The position numbers and the translations under genes were made by a program. The notes under the pieces were generated by a model. The model saw only the letters and a program-made list of their open reading frames with translations. It ran no database searches and was not told the DNA's origin. This document shows, piece after piece, positions 21,560 to 31,525 of a stretch of DNA of 32,624 nucleotides (positions are counted from its first letter, which is position 1; the number at the start of each line of letters is the position of its first letter). The DNA comes from Octopus bimaculoides (lineage: Eukaryota). The stretch covers positions 34,891,349 to 34,923,972 of the forward strand of contig NC_068994.1 of NCBI RefSeq assembly GCF_001194135.2, read 5' to 3'.

Positions 21560-21825
21560 TTGCTTGTTTCACTCATTGGATTGTGACCATGCTGGGTACA
21601 TCAGCATTTAAAATTCAATTTTCATGCTATCATCACTGGGTGGACAGTTTGGCAGGGTCTACTGAATTGTAAGGCAGCACCAAGTTTGATGAGCTTTCGC
21701 ACACCCTCTGTCTACCAACTTCATTCAACCAAAGCAGAAGACACTTGCCCAAGGTGCTGTGCATTGAGCTAGAACTTAAAACCACATGATTACATGATGA
21801 GTTCTTAACCACACAGCCATATGAG
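21560..21825 (-). mobile_element. SINE family A-related copy, minus strand
   Basis: Reverse complements of the head (ACCACACAGCCAT), GAAGACACTTGCCCAAGGTG and the 3' end (GTTTCACTCATTGGATTGTGACCATGCTGG). Confidence 0.65.
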
Positions 21826-22072
21826 TGTATCTATTTTCATTTCACTTTACTTATAACATTTCAAGATTCATAAAAGCTATGGCATGTCCAGTATATAACA
21901 TGTTGAATAACATTGCTCTGTATACTTAACATTCAAATAATTTAACATCAAAAAATAAAATATTTTATTCTATTTTAAGTAGCAATCTTTGGTGGCAACA
22001 AATATACACTCAAGCAATTAATTGATATATTATGTAAACATAGTAAAACAGATAAATAATGAGAGAGTGGGT

Positions 22073-22380
22073 GGAGGCGCAATGGCCCAGTGGTTAGGGC
22101 AGTGGATTCGCAGTCAGATGATTGCGGTTTCAATTCCCAGACCAGGTGTTGTGTGTGTTTATTGAGCAAAAACACCTAAAGCTCCACGAGGGGTGGCGAC
22201 CCCTGTTGTACTCTTTCACCCCAACTTTCTCTCACTCTTTCTTTCTGTTTCTTGAGTAAAGCTGCCATGGACTGGCATCCTGTCCAGCTGGGGGGGAAAC
22301 ACATACGCCATAGAAACTGAGAAACCAGGCCCATGAGCCTGGCTAGGCTTTAAAAAGGCCGCATAAATAAATAAATAAAA
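22073..22380 (+). mobile_element. tRNA-derived SINE of a third family (possible Meta-domain-like 3' half)
   Basis: Clear Pol III A-box TGGCCCAGTGG (22083-22093) and B-box GGTTTCAATTCCC (22126-22138). Body has GCCATGGACTGGCATCCTGTCCAG..AGAAAC, then an (AAAT)n tail. Confidence 0.75.
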
Positions 22381-22419
22381 TGATAGAGTGTGGGGGAGGA
22401 CGATTTGATATAACAAATA

Positions 22420-23165
22420 AAGTGAGAGTGGTGGGAATGGTGAGGGTGGTGATGATGGTAATGGTGGTGATTGTGATAGTTGTCATCATGGTCTTGGTGG
22501 TAATGGTGGTGGTAGAGGCAGTNNNNNNNNNNNNNNNNNNNNNNNNNNNNNNNNNNNNNNNNNNNNNNNNNNNNNNNNNNNNNNNNNNNNNNNNNNNNNN
22601 NNNNNNNNNNNNNNNNNNNNNNNNNNNNNNNNNNNNNNNNNNNNNNNNNNNNNNNNNNNNNNNNNNNNNNNNNNNNNNNNNNNNNNNNNNNNNNNNNNNN
22701 NNNNNNNNNNNNNNNNNNNNNNNNNNNNNNNNNNNNNNNNNNNNNNNNNNNNNNNNNNNNNNNNNNNNNNNNNNNNNNNNNNNNNNNNNNNNNNNNNNNN
22801 NNNNNNNNNNNNNNNNNNNNNNNGTGTTTGTGGTCATGATGGTGGGGGGGTAGTGGTAGTGGTGGTGGTGGTGGTGGAGGTAATGGCAGTGGTGGAAGTA
22901 ATGGTGAAGGTGGTGTTTGTGGTCATAGTGGTGGTAGTGGGGTGGTGGTGGAGGTAATGGTGGTGGTAGAGGCAGTAGTGGTGGTAGAGGCAGTGGTGGT
23001 GGTAGAGGCAGTGGTGGTAGAGGCAGTGGTGGTAGAGGTGGTGGTGGAAGTGATGGTGGTGATAGTAGTGGTGGTAGTAGTAGTGGCGGTGGTGGTGTTT
23101 GTAGTGGTGGTGATACTGATGATGCTGACGAATGATGACGACGATGATGATGATGATGATGCACA
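22420..23165. repeat. Degenerate (GTG/GTA)n tract with a 15-18 bp GTGGTGGTAGAGGCA minisatellite (about 22960-23040), spanning a gap
   Basis: Directly visible periodicity. Confidence 0.9.
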
Positions 23166-23916
23166 ACACAATGATTTTTTTTAAATCAATGACACCAGAA
23201 GCTGTGTCTTCACTGTGTTAAAAGCTCTGCATCTTCGCATGTGTGTACATGTGCATTTAATCTCTGTTTGCATACACACACACACGCACACATGCACAAG
23301 TGTGCATGTGAGTGTATGCGCATGTGCATGTGCACATGCGCATGCCACAAGGTAATTGTACAGCAGAAGTGGATCGGAAATATATTAAGTTCAAATTGAC
23401 ATTGTTATATGAAGCTATGGAAGATTTCAGTCAGCTATATAGTCAAGGGGAGAAAAAAAAAACAAAAAAAAAATTGAATAAATAAAACCTTCTAAATTCT
23501 AATTTTTGTTGTTGTTGTTTTCTTCCCATTGTGTTGAGAGCAAGAGTAAATGTTGAAATACATTAGGTATCAACTCTTTATCTTTCTATTCCCTTAACAG
23601 TGCTCAACACATGCTAAGTGAGGAAACTTGATATTTTTGTATTCCCCCTTGGGAGGAGCTTGTTAGTTGATCCCTCTAGATTTGTATCCTTATCATTCTT
23701 GGTGTCTTTGATTAACACTCACACTCAATACACCACAGTGAATAATAAAAGCTATGAGGTATGCTTTTTTTTTTTTCCCCTTTTATTCTCCCTCAGGATT
23801 GTTCACAGACAAACCTATTAGGTTTCTGTCCATATTTTTATATTCTTTATATTTAACAAGGAACATACGATAAGGAAGAAACCAGATACTATTACTATTG
23901 TTGTTGTTAATTGTTA

Positions 23917-24118
23917 GGTGCAGGCATAGTTGTGTGGTTGAGAAGCTGGCTTTCCAACAATGTGGTCTTCAGTTCGGTCCCACTGTGTAGCACCTTGTGC
24001 TAGTGTCTTCTACTGTAGTCCTAGATCAACCAAAGCTTTGTGAGTGTATTTGGTAGATAGAAGCAGAAAGAAAAGCCTGTCATGTATGTGTGTGTATGTA
24101 TGTATATATGTATGTATA
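23917..24118 (+). mobile_element. SINE family A, 5' part running into a gap
   Basis: GGTGCAGGCATAGTTGTGTGGTTGAGAAGCT..AGTGTCTTCTACTGTAG..CAAAGCTTTGTGAGTG. Confidence 0.75.
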
Positions 24119-24339
24119 NNNNNNNNNNNNNNNNNNNNNNNNNNNNNNNNNNNNNNNNNNNNNNNNNNNNNNNNNNNNNNNNNNNNNNNNNNNNNNNNTA
24201 TATATATATATATATATGTATATACACACACACGTCTGGCCGTATAGCCTTTCTTGTTTATTTTCACTGTTTGGTTTTCCTGTCTTGTTTTCTGTCCGCC
24301 ACTACATTCCTCCACGTTACAAATTTAATTTAAATTTAA

Positions 24340-24610
24340 TTTGTGGTCCGTGGGAAGAGCCATTCTAACAATGCGCCAACTGCCCTAACTCTTCGAAACG
24401 CTTAGTTTTAGAATGGTGGCAGCTGATGACGGAAATGTTCTCTATGTGGCCTGTGTGTTTTCTGTACTCCATTTATCATTTTATCCACATTTTTTTTGCT
24501 ACGTCCTGTACCCAAATATGCATCTATATATACATGTAGATGTAGGTATGTACATACATGTACGTATATACGCATATACTCATTTATTGTTTGTATTATA
24601 TATATATATA
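24340..24610 (+). repeat. Dispersed structured repeat, copy 2
   Basis: Colinear with 13075-13335. Confidence 0.7.
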
Positions 24611-24654
24611 TATACTTGTGTGTGTATGTGTGTTTGCTTGTGGAGTGGGGGAGT

Positions 24655-24942
24655 GGGTTGCAGTGGAATAGTAGTCTAAGAAAGAAAGTAGTGTTTGTAT
24701 GTGGAAGATTTTCAGAAGCCATAAAGACTACAGATACACAGGAAACTGATTTCTTCAAATGTCCTAGAGGCTCTCTAGAAGTAGTAGATAATTTCTGTTA
24801 CCTAGGTGACCTAATTAGCAGTGGAGTGTACCAGAAGTGTAACTGCTAGAATAAGATGGAGAAAATTCAGAGAACTTCTGTTGGCAACAAAAAGTCTCTT
24901 TCTCCAAGTGAAAAGAAGATTGTATGATGCATGTATACAAAC
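24655..24942 (+). mobile_element. Internal fragment of RTE-clade LINE reverse transcriptase
   Basis: FVCGR..LEVVDNFCYLGDLISSG, then after a frameshift SVTARIRWRKFRELL..KSLFLQVKRRLYDACIQT. These are RT domain 6/7 (F.YLG) and the downstream RTE thumb motifs. Confidence 0.85.
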
Positions 24943-24961
24943 TCAAATGAACTCAAATGAT

Positions 24962-25090
24962 TTATCATACAGGCATGGGTTGGACGGTTTGGCAGAAGCC
25001 AGCCAAGCAGAAGACTACCTCCATGCTACTGTGTCTGTTTTGGCAGGGTTTCTACAGCTGGATGCCCTTCCTAACACCAATCACTCCACA
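24962..25090 (-). mobile_element. Family C (RTE-type 3' end)
   Basis: GGCATGGGTTGGACGGTTTG..TTTCTACAGCTGGATGCCCTTCCTAACACCAATCACTCC. Confidence 0.75.
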
Positions 25091-25604
25091 CACACACACA
25101 CACAGACATACATACATACATACATATATATATATATAAAATTTTCAAGATCTGATAAAATCTAGGTACTTAAATAGCAAAGATAACAAAAGCACCAAGA
25201 CAGAGTCAGGGATGGCACACCTATGCACTAACAGCATGTACGGACACACAAGGACTTACTGAAGTCAATACAGATGTGCCCTTCCAGTAATGCATACATT
25301 CACAAGTATTGACCAAATACACAATGTATATGAAAAGTCACACAAGAGTACATTTCAAAAAATATTCTATGGTCGACTATAGACTCAAGATCCAATGCAG
25401 GGAAGCAGCTAAGTGTGGTGAAGTATAAACAAGAACACAGATTAGTTGAGGTTCACTACAGCTGTTTCAAACATGTTCTTTATTGATGAACAAAACAATT
25501 ACATCATGTAAAAAAAAATCATTTTCTTCGGGTGAATTGAGAGTAAAATTTAACATTTAGGATTTTTTACGCAAATAGTCTATAATGCATATTGACCCTC
25601 CCAT

Positions 25605-25740
25605 CTTGGGTACTGCTAGCCTTTGTCTTTCGTTCTTTGGAGTCAATAAAATAAATGCCGGCTGAGTACTGGAGTCAATATAACTGATTTACCCCACCCC
25701 TAAAATTGCTGGCCTTGTGCCAAAATTTGAAGCCATTACT
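25605..25740 (+). mobile_element. SINE family B, 3' half (variant tail)
   Basis: AGTCAATAAAATAAATGCCGG..CTGGAGTCAAT..GGCCTTGTGCCAAAATTTGAAGCCATTACT. Confidence 0.7.
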
Positions 25741-25742
25741 AT

Positions 25743-25985
25743 AGGTGGTGAGCTGGCAGAATCATTAGCACACCAGACAAAATGCTTCATGGCGTTTCAT
25801 CCATTCTTACATTCTGAGTTCAAATTCTGCTGAAGTTGACTTCGCCTTTCATCCTTTCGGGGTCTATAAAATAAGTACCAGTTGTACACTGGGGTCGATG
25901 TAATTGACTATGCCCCTCCCCACAAATTTCTGGCCTTGTGCCTACAGTAGAAAGGATTATCATTATTATCAATATTATTACTACT
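25743..25985 (+). mobile_element. Full-length tRNA-derived SINE, family B (Nin/Deu-domain-like)
   Basis: GGTGGTGAGCTGGCAGAATC head, CTGAGTTCAAATT B-box, central GCCTTTCATCCTTTCGGGGTCTATAAAATAAGTACCAG (resembles the Deu/Nin SINE domain), ending GGCCTTGTGCCTACAGTAGAAAGG plus an (ATT)-like tail. Confidence 0.85.
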
Positions 25986-25994
25986 ATTAGTAGT

Positions 25995-26283
25995 AGACTT
26001 AGTAGCTAGAGTGTTAATCTCACAATTGCAAGATCATAATCTCAATTCTTAGACCAGGTGACGTATTGTGTTATTGAGCAAAACACTTCATCTCAATATT
26101 GCTCTGCAATCACTTCAACACCTGGAATGTGGTACACAGTGCACCTGTTCAGGTAAAATCAGTTTGATGGCGGGAGTGAGTTTATGTACAGCACACACAT
26201 TTGATCATCATAAACAAATCATTTTGTGCAGGTCGTTCAGCAAAAACCGAACGCTCATATATGTTGTCTTCAATGAGAGAGTC
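25995..26283 (+). mobile_element. tRNA-derived SINE, head related to 22073-22380 but a different body
   Basis: CTCAATTCTTAGACCAGGTG..TTATTGAGCAAAACAC matches CAATTCCCAGACCAGGTG..TTATTGAGCAAAAACAC of the 22073 element. Ends at an (ATC)n/(ATT)n run. Confidence 0.55.
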
Positions 26284-26309
26284 CATCATCATCATTATCA
26301 CCATCATCA

Positions 26310-26349
<40 letters not shown>

Positions 26350-27260
26350 GATGTCAGAATATATCACTATTATTATTGTTGTTGTTGTTTGTCGTTGAAT
26401 ATTGTTTTCCTGGTCGATCTTGTTAGTAACTGACTCACGCATCACATCAAGTTGGCTTTACATAAAAACTCTCCACTAATTCTACAGAACAAATTGCCAG
26501 TGGCTAATATAGTTAGTTCTCAGTAGTGGCTAAAGCAACCATTCAGCCAGTGATTAAGCCTTCCGTTCGCTTCTCCCACCCCCCTTTAAAAGGAAACNNN
26601 NNNNNNNNNNNNNNNNNNNNNNNNNNNNNNNNNNNNNNNNNNNNNNNNNNNNNNNNNNNNNNNNNNNNNNNNNNNNNNNNNNNNNNNNNNNNNNNNNNNN
26701 NNNNNNNNNNNNNNNNNNNNNNNNNNNNNNNNNNNNNNNNNNNNNNNNNNNNNNNNNNNNNNNNNNNNNNNNNNNNNNNNNNNNNNNNNNNNNNNNNNNN
26801 NNNNNNNNNNNNNNNNNNNNNNNNNNNNNNNNNNNNNNNNNNNNNNNNNNNNNNNNNNNNNNNNNNNNNNNNNNNNNNNNNNNNNNNNNNNNNNNNNNNN
26901 NNNNNNNNNNNNNNNNNNNNNNNNNNNNNNNNNNNNNNNNNNNNNNNNNNNNNNNNNNNNNNNNNNNNNNNNNNNNNNNNNNNNNNNNNNNNNNNNNNNN
27001 NNNNNNNNNNNNNNNNNNNNNNNNNNNNNNNNNNNNNNNNNNNNNNNNNNNNNNNNNNNNNNNNNNNNNNNNNNNNNNNNNNNNNNNNNNNNNNNNNNNN
27101 NNNNNNNNNNNNNNNNNNNNNNNNNNNNNNNNATATAAATAGATATATATAAATAGATAGATATTTATAACCGGAAAGAATATATAAAAAAACATAAAAA
27201 CAGTCAGTCATTGATAAAAGTGTTATTTAGATTTCACTCTCTATATAAATAATAAAAAAG

Positions 27261-27267
<7 letters not shown>

Positions 27268-27301
<34 letters not shown>

Positions 27302-27500
27302 GTTTCAGATTTTGACACAAGGCTAGCAAGTTCATGAGTAAGTCAATTGCATCGACCCCAGTGCTCAAATAGTTCTTACTTCAACAATACCAAAAGGATG
27401 AAAGGCAAAGTCGAATTTTAACTCAGAACATATAGACTGATGAAATGCTGCTAAGCATTTTACCTGGAGGGCTAACAATTCTACTAGCTCGCTGCCTTTA
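27268..27500 (-). mobile_element. SINE family B, minus strand, with AAT repeats on both sides
   Basis: Reverse complement of family B (ATCGACCCCAGTG, GGATGAAAGGCAAAGTCGA, AACTCAGAAC, AGCTCGCTGCC). (AAT)n at 27263-27300 and an AAT/GAT run after 27500. Confidence 0.8.
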
Positions 27501-27540
27501 TAATGATAATGATAATAATACAAAGAAGAAGAAGAAGAAG

Positions 27541-27640
27541 AATTGTCGGAGCCCTGGGAACAGTGAGCAAAAATCTCGGGAAGTACATGGCACAAATAGG
27601 GGCTGCAATAAGGGTGGAGCACTTGTAGAAAACAGCACTT
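27541..27640 (+). mobile_element. Short C-terminal fragment of a second R4/Dong-like RLE element
   Basis: Translates IVGALGTVSKNLGKYMAQIGAAIRVEHL*KTAL. This matches the GALG..LQK.ALL motif of the 28.8-30.1 kb element but is clearly diverged from it. Confidence 0.7.
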
Positions 27641-27677
27641 GTAGTGCATTTCCAGCATTGGAAGCTGTGCAAAGGCA

Positions 27678-27716
<39 letters not shown>

Positions 27717-27821
27717 GTGATGATGGTGATGGTGGTGGTGGTGATGATGATGATGATGATGATGATTTCATTTATTTGCCACAAGGGATATAGAGAGATA
27801 GATACATTAATATATACTGCT

Positions 27822-27861
<40 letters not shown>

Positions 27862-27883
27862 TATATAAATAGATAGATAGATA

Positions 27884-27968
27884 GAATTTGAACTCAGAAC
27901 ATGAATCCAAACAAAATACCACTAAGCAATTTGTCCAGCATGGTAAGAATTCTGCTTGCTTGCCACTT
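27884..27968 (-). mobile_element. SINE family B, 5' head only
   Basis: GAATTTGAACTCAGAAC..CTAAGCAAT..AATTCTGC is the reverse complement of the family B head. Confidence 0.65.
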
Positions 27969-28006
27969 TAATAATGATAATAATAATAATAATAGATAAT
28001 AATAAT

Positions 28007-28700
28007 GATTTCATTCATTTGCTACAAGGATGAAGGATGAGGGGGACAATACAAAGACAGACATAAAGTGTAGGGGTTTACATATAATGAAATGATAAAA
28101 AAAAGATGGAAAGAAAGAAAGAAATTAAGTATACATTGTATACACTGAAAAAGAAGGAACATATGCATAGTGTACTAAGGTTCAAAAAAGGAAAAGTGTC
28201 AGGGAGAATGATAGAGATGTGGCCTCTAGGGATAATCGAGGAACTCTACTGTCCGAGATTTCCCCGAAACCCCAAAAGCAAGCACACTCTCCAATTCTTT
28301 CTCTCCGACTCATAGGTCTACACTTAGAGAGGTACCATCCACCCTTGCCATTTTCACAACTTTCACCCACCTTTCAATAAACTCACTCAAGAACAGTACT
28401 TCTCTCTCTACTCTCAATTTCCTTTTCAAGTGAAACTTCAAGAAGTCAATGAGAGCTCTACCACAGAGGAATATATCTGTCCTCATGCCTTTCAGCCTTG
28501 TCCACCAAACAACCTCTTTCACTACAACCACCAGGCAAAGGAAAACTGCTTTGCCTGCCCGACTGAAGGAGGGCTGCGGTGCAATCATCACTACAGACTC
28601 AACCAACAGATGGATCCGTCCCACATGTGACAGCAGCTGTTCGACATAACTCTACAAGTCAGCAATGCCTGGACATTGAATGAGAGCATACAGAACAGTT
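28007..28700 (-). mobile_element. 3' fragment of an L1/Tx1-clade LINE (ORF2 C-terminus plus 3' UTR)
   Basis: Minus frame TVLYALIQCPGIADL*SYVEQLLSHVGRIHLLVESVV..AKE-like VKEVVWWTRLKG..FLKFHLKRKLRVERE..FIERWVKV, stop at 28310. This fits the end of the L1/Tx1 zinc-knuckle (HxxxxC) region and the IW..R / F..RW motifs. A T-rich 3' UTR follows and ends CCTTGTAGCAAATGAATGAAATC into (ATT)n. Confidence 0.75.
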
Positions 28701-28702
28701 TA

Positions 28703-28799
28703 GCAATCCTTTCTATTATAGGCACAAGGTCTGCAATTTGGGGGAGGGTACTTATTTCATCGACCCCAAAAAGATGAAAGGCAAAATCGACTGCCACAA

Positions 28800-28800
<1 letters not shown>
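28703..28800 (-). mobile_element. SINE family B, 3' fragment
   Basis: CCTTTCTATTATAGGCACAAGG..TACTTATTTCATCGACCCCAAAAAGATGAAAGGCAAAATCGAC. Confidence 0.75.
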
Positions 28801-28840
<40 letters not shown>

Positions 28841-28841
<1 letters not shown>

Positions 28842-30106
28842 GGCAAAGTCAGTGAGGAGTATCAAAAAAGGGTGAAGATAGTGTTGAAATCCAACCTGAA
28901 TGCCAAAAATTTGATTACCACAATGAATATCTGGGCAGTTGCAATGGTCAGATATAGTGGATCCATCCACAAATGGACTAAGGGGGAAATATCAATACTG
29001 GATAGAAAGACGAGAAAGTTGATGATGTTGCATGGGGTGCTACACCCTAAAGCAAACATAAACAGACTGTATATGAAAAGAAAGAATGGTGGCAGAGGAC
29101 TAATTAGTATAGACCATTGTATAAGGAGTGAAAGGAGAACACTTGCTGAGTATTTGATAAATAGTGATAAAGACCTGCTGCAATATGCTGCAAAAGATAT
29201 GGGTGTAAATGCAGATGAAATGATGGGCAAGGAAGAGTTTAACCAAGGAGCTGAGGAGAAGAGAAAAGAAGACCTTCTTGAAATGAGAATGCATGGACAG
29301 TTTGAAAAGAATACACACGATGTTAAGGACATGGGCATGGCTTGAGCGAGGTGATTTGAAGTGTACTACCAAAAGCTTGGTCATTGCTGCACAAGACCAG
29401 GCTGTTGCAACCAATTCAGTATAACATCTATAAAACTTCTGACACCCAGAAATGCAGAAAGAATGTGGAAAATGCGACCCACTTGGTAAGTGGATGTGAG
29501 AGCCTTGCACAAAAAGAACACAAGCACCACCATGATAAAGTGTGTATGTATCTTCGTTGGCTTTTATGCCCTAAATACCAGAATGAAGTAACAGAGAAAT
29601 GGTATGAGCACGTACCAAGTAAAGTTATGCAGGAGGATGGAAAAGTAATGATACTCTGGGACTACGATTTTCAGATAGATCGTGTAATCGAACAACATCA
29701 ACTGGATATTGTCATATTGAATAAGAGAGACAAATACTGTGAGATCATTGCTGTAGCCATACCAAATGACATGAATGTTGTGAGTAAAGAGGTTGAAAAA
29801 AATCACCAAATACTCCAAATTTAAAGTGGAAATGGCAAGACTGTATGGAATGTGAGAGAGTAATGTAAAAGTGACACCAGTGGAGATCGGAGCATTGGGC
29901 TCAATCCCATTGAAACTTCAAAACTTCTTTAGGCAACTGGAAATCCCATGCAAGATTGATGTCTTGCAAAAAGCAACCTTACTGAGCACAGCACACATCT
30001 TAAGGAAAGTGTTATCTGTCTCAGGTCTTTGTGACTTGACAGATAACTAAAGACTGGTGCATTTTTACCCACACTGTGTTACGAAGGAATAATAACAACA
30101 ATAATA
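28841..30106 (+). mobile_element. 5'-truncated, decayed R4/Dong-like non-LTR retrotransposon (post-RT region, CCHC knuckle, restriction-like endonuclease)
   Basis: Stitching frames gives KVSEEYQKRVKIVLKSNLNAKNLITTMNIWAVAMVRYS..LDRKTRKLMMLHGVLHPKANINRLYMKRKNGGRGL, then after a frameshift near 29340 WAWLERGDLKCTTKSLVIAAQDQA, then KCRKNVENATHLVSGC..HHDKV..KWYEHVP..ILWDYDFQIDRVIEQHQLDIV..AVAIPNDMNVVSKEVEK, then after another frameshift VTPVEIGALGSIP..LQKATLLSTAHILRKVL, ending near 30050. Flanked by (AAT)n at 28803-28840 and an AAT/AAC tail at 30088-30106. Frameshifts and stops mean it is inactive. Confidence 0.9.
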
Positions 30107-30132
30107 CAGATTTCATGTATTTGCCATAGGGG

Positions 30133-30205
30133 CAAATCAGATGAGGGAGATAATTCAAATCAGATGAGGGAGATAATTCAAATCAGATGAGGGAGATAAT
30201 TCAAA
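30133..30205. repeat. Perfect 23-bp tandem repeat x3 (CAAATCAGATGAGGGAGATAATT)
   Basis: Units at 30133-30155, 30156-30178 and 30179-30201, plus a partial CAAA. Confidence 0.95.
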
Positions 30206-30365
30206 GACATTACAAATTCTGTTGAGATTTACATAATATCAGGTGAGGAGAAATAGGTAGGAGAAAAGGGACCAGTTGGTGATACCCTTGTTTGAAGATC
30301 TCCTGTATCAGGGAGGACTGCATCATCCACGAACACACATATTTCATCAACTGCGTATACTTTTC

Positions 30366-30406
<41 letters not shown>

Positions 30407-31124
30407 ATTGTGCAAAAATTGTCAGGAAATCTTTCACCAAAGTGTTGGAGCAGATGTGTTGTGCTTTAGAAATGAAGAAAACAAATAAAATAAGATAAAA
30501 CTGAAATGATGGCAATTGTATTGACAAATTGAGATTCCACCGGATAAAGAGAAGATGGCGTGAGTCATTGCTATATAATGCATCTCAGTAATCTCCTAAT
30601 TCTATATTTCAGAAAAATTTTACAGAATGTGTATGTGTTTGTGTGTGTGTGTGTGCACGTGAGCACAGTGTGGTGGTGGTGGTGGTGGTGAGGGGGTGAA
30701 TGGGAGGCTTCTCCCTTTTAAGGGATGAAACAAGTATAGATGAAATGCACAGGGTGTGTGTATGTGAGTGTTTGAAAGTGTCAGAGTTTGGGAAAGTGTA
30801 GCCCTCGGATATTTACAATTCAAAGAGTTTACTGGTATTTATGCTGAGTGAAATATAAAGATTTCTTTTAGTTTTGGTTTTTAATTTTTTTCATCATTTG
30901 TTTTGATTTAATTGCTTCAAGCTGATTATCCATTTCATATCCTACACAGTGTTATAATTATTAGAATTTATTTCTTTTATTATTATTATTATTATTATTA
31001 CTATTATTATTATCGGCTTCACTTTGAAGATGCTTCATATCTTAAGCAAAATCCATATCAGCCATACATAAATACAAATAGTGTAGCACTGGCAATGAAA
31101 TGGTGTATCGTCACCATTCTCTGT

Positions 31125-31325
31125 ATTGTTTAGCATCCTCTTTTCCATGCTGGCATGGGTCGGACAGAATTTGTTGAGGCAGAGTTTTTTCTATTGCTAA
31201 CCAGTTTCCAAGCAAAGTAATATTTCCCCATGGCCAGACATGTTTTTCCACAAAAGACTGGAAATGAACAACATTCGTATGATGGTGATGCTCATTTAAA
31301 CCATTACATAATACAAAAATCAAGG
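31125..31325 (-). mobile_element. Family C variant (RTE-type 3' end)
   Basis: TTTTCCATGCTGGCATGGGTCGGACAGAATTTGTTGAGGCAGA. Confidence 0.6.
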
Positions 31326-31329
<4 letters not shown>

Positions 31330-31358
<29 letters not shown>

Positions 31359-31525
31359 CATACAATGGGCTTCTTTTAGTTTTCATCAACCAAATCCACT
31401 CACAAGTCTTTGGTCAGCCCAAGTTAAAAGTAGAAGACATCTACCAAAGTTGCCACATAGTAGGACTGAACCTGAAACCAAATGCTTGGGAAGCAAGCTT
31501 CTCAACCACACAGGTGTACCTGCAT
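31330..31525 (-). mobile_element. SINE family A, 5' part, minus strand
   Basis: GGGCTTCTTTTAGTTTTCATCAACCAAATCCACTCACAAG..GAAGCAAGCTTCTCAACCACAC is the reverse complement of family A. Confidence 0.75.

Noticed and set aside
22073-22145. tRNA gene
   Set aside because: A and B boxes are present, but there is no complete cloverleaf and it continues into a SINE body and tail. The same applies to the heads of families A and B.
30133-30205. CRISPR-like array (23-bp repeats; also the 6810-7095 units)
   Set aside because: The repeats are contiguous with no unique spacers, there are no cas genes, and the context is eukaryotic.
30535-30570. AAGATGGCG (YY1-like), TGAGTCA (AP-1) and a GTGAGT donor overlapping
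   Set aside because: Short motifs with no supporting acceptor, open frame or CpG context; likely chance.
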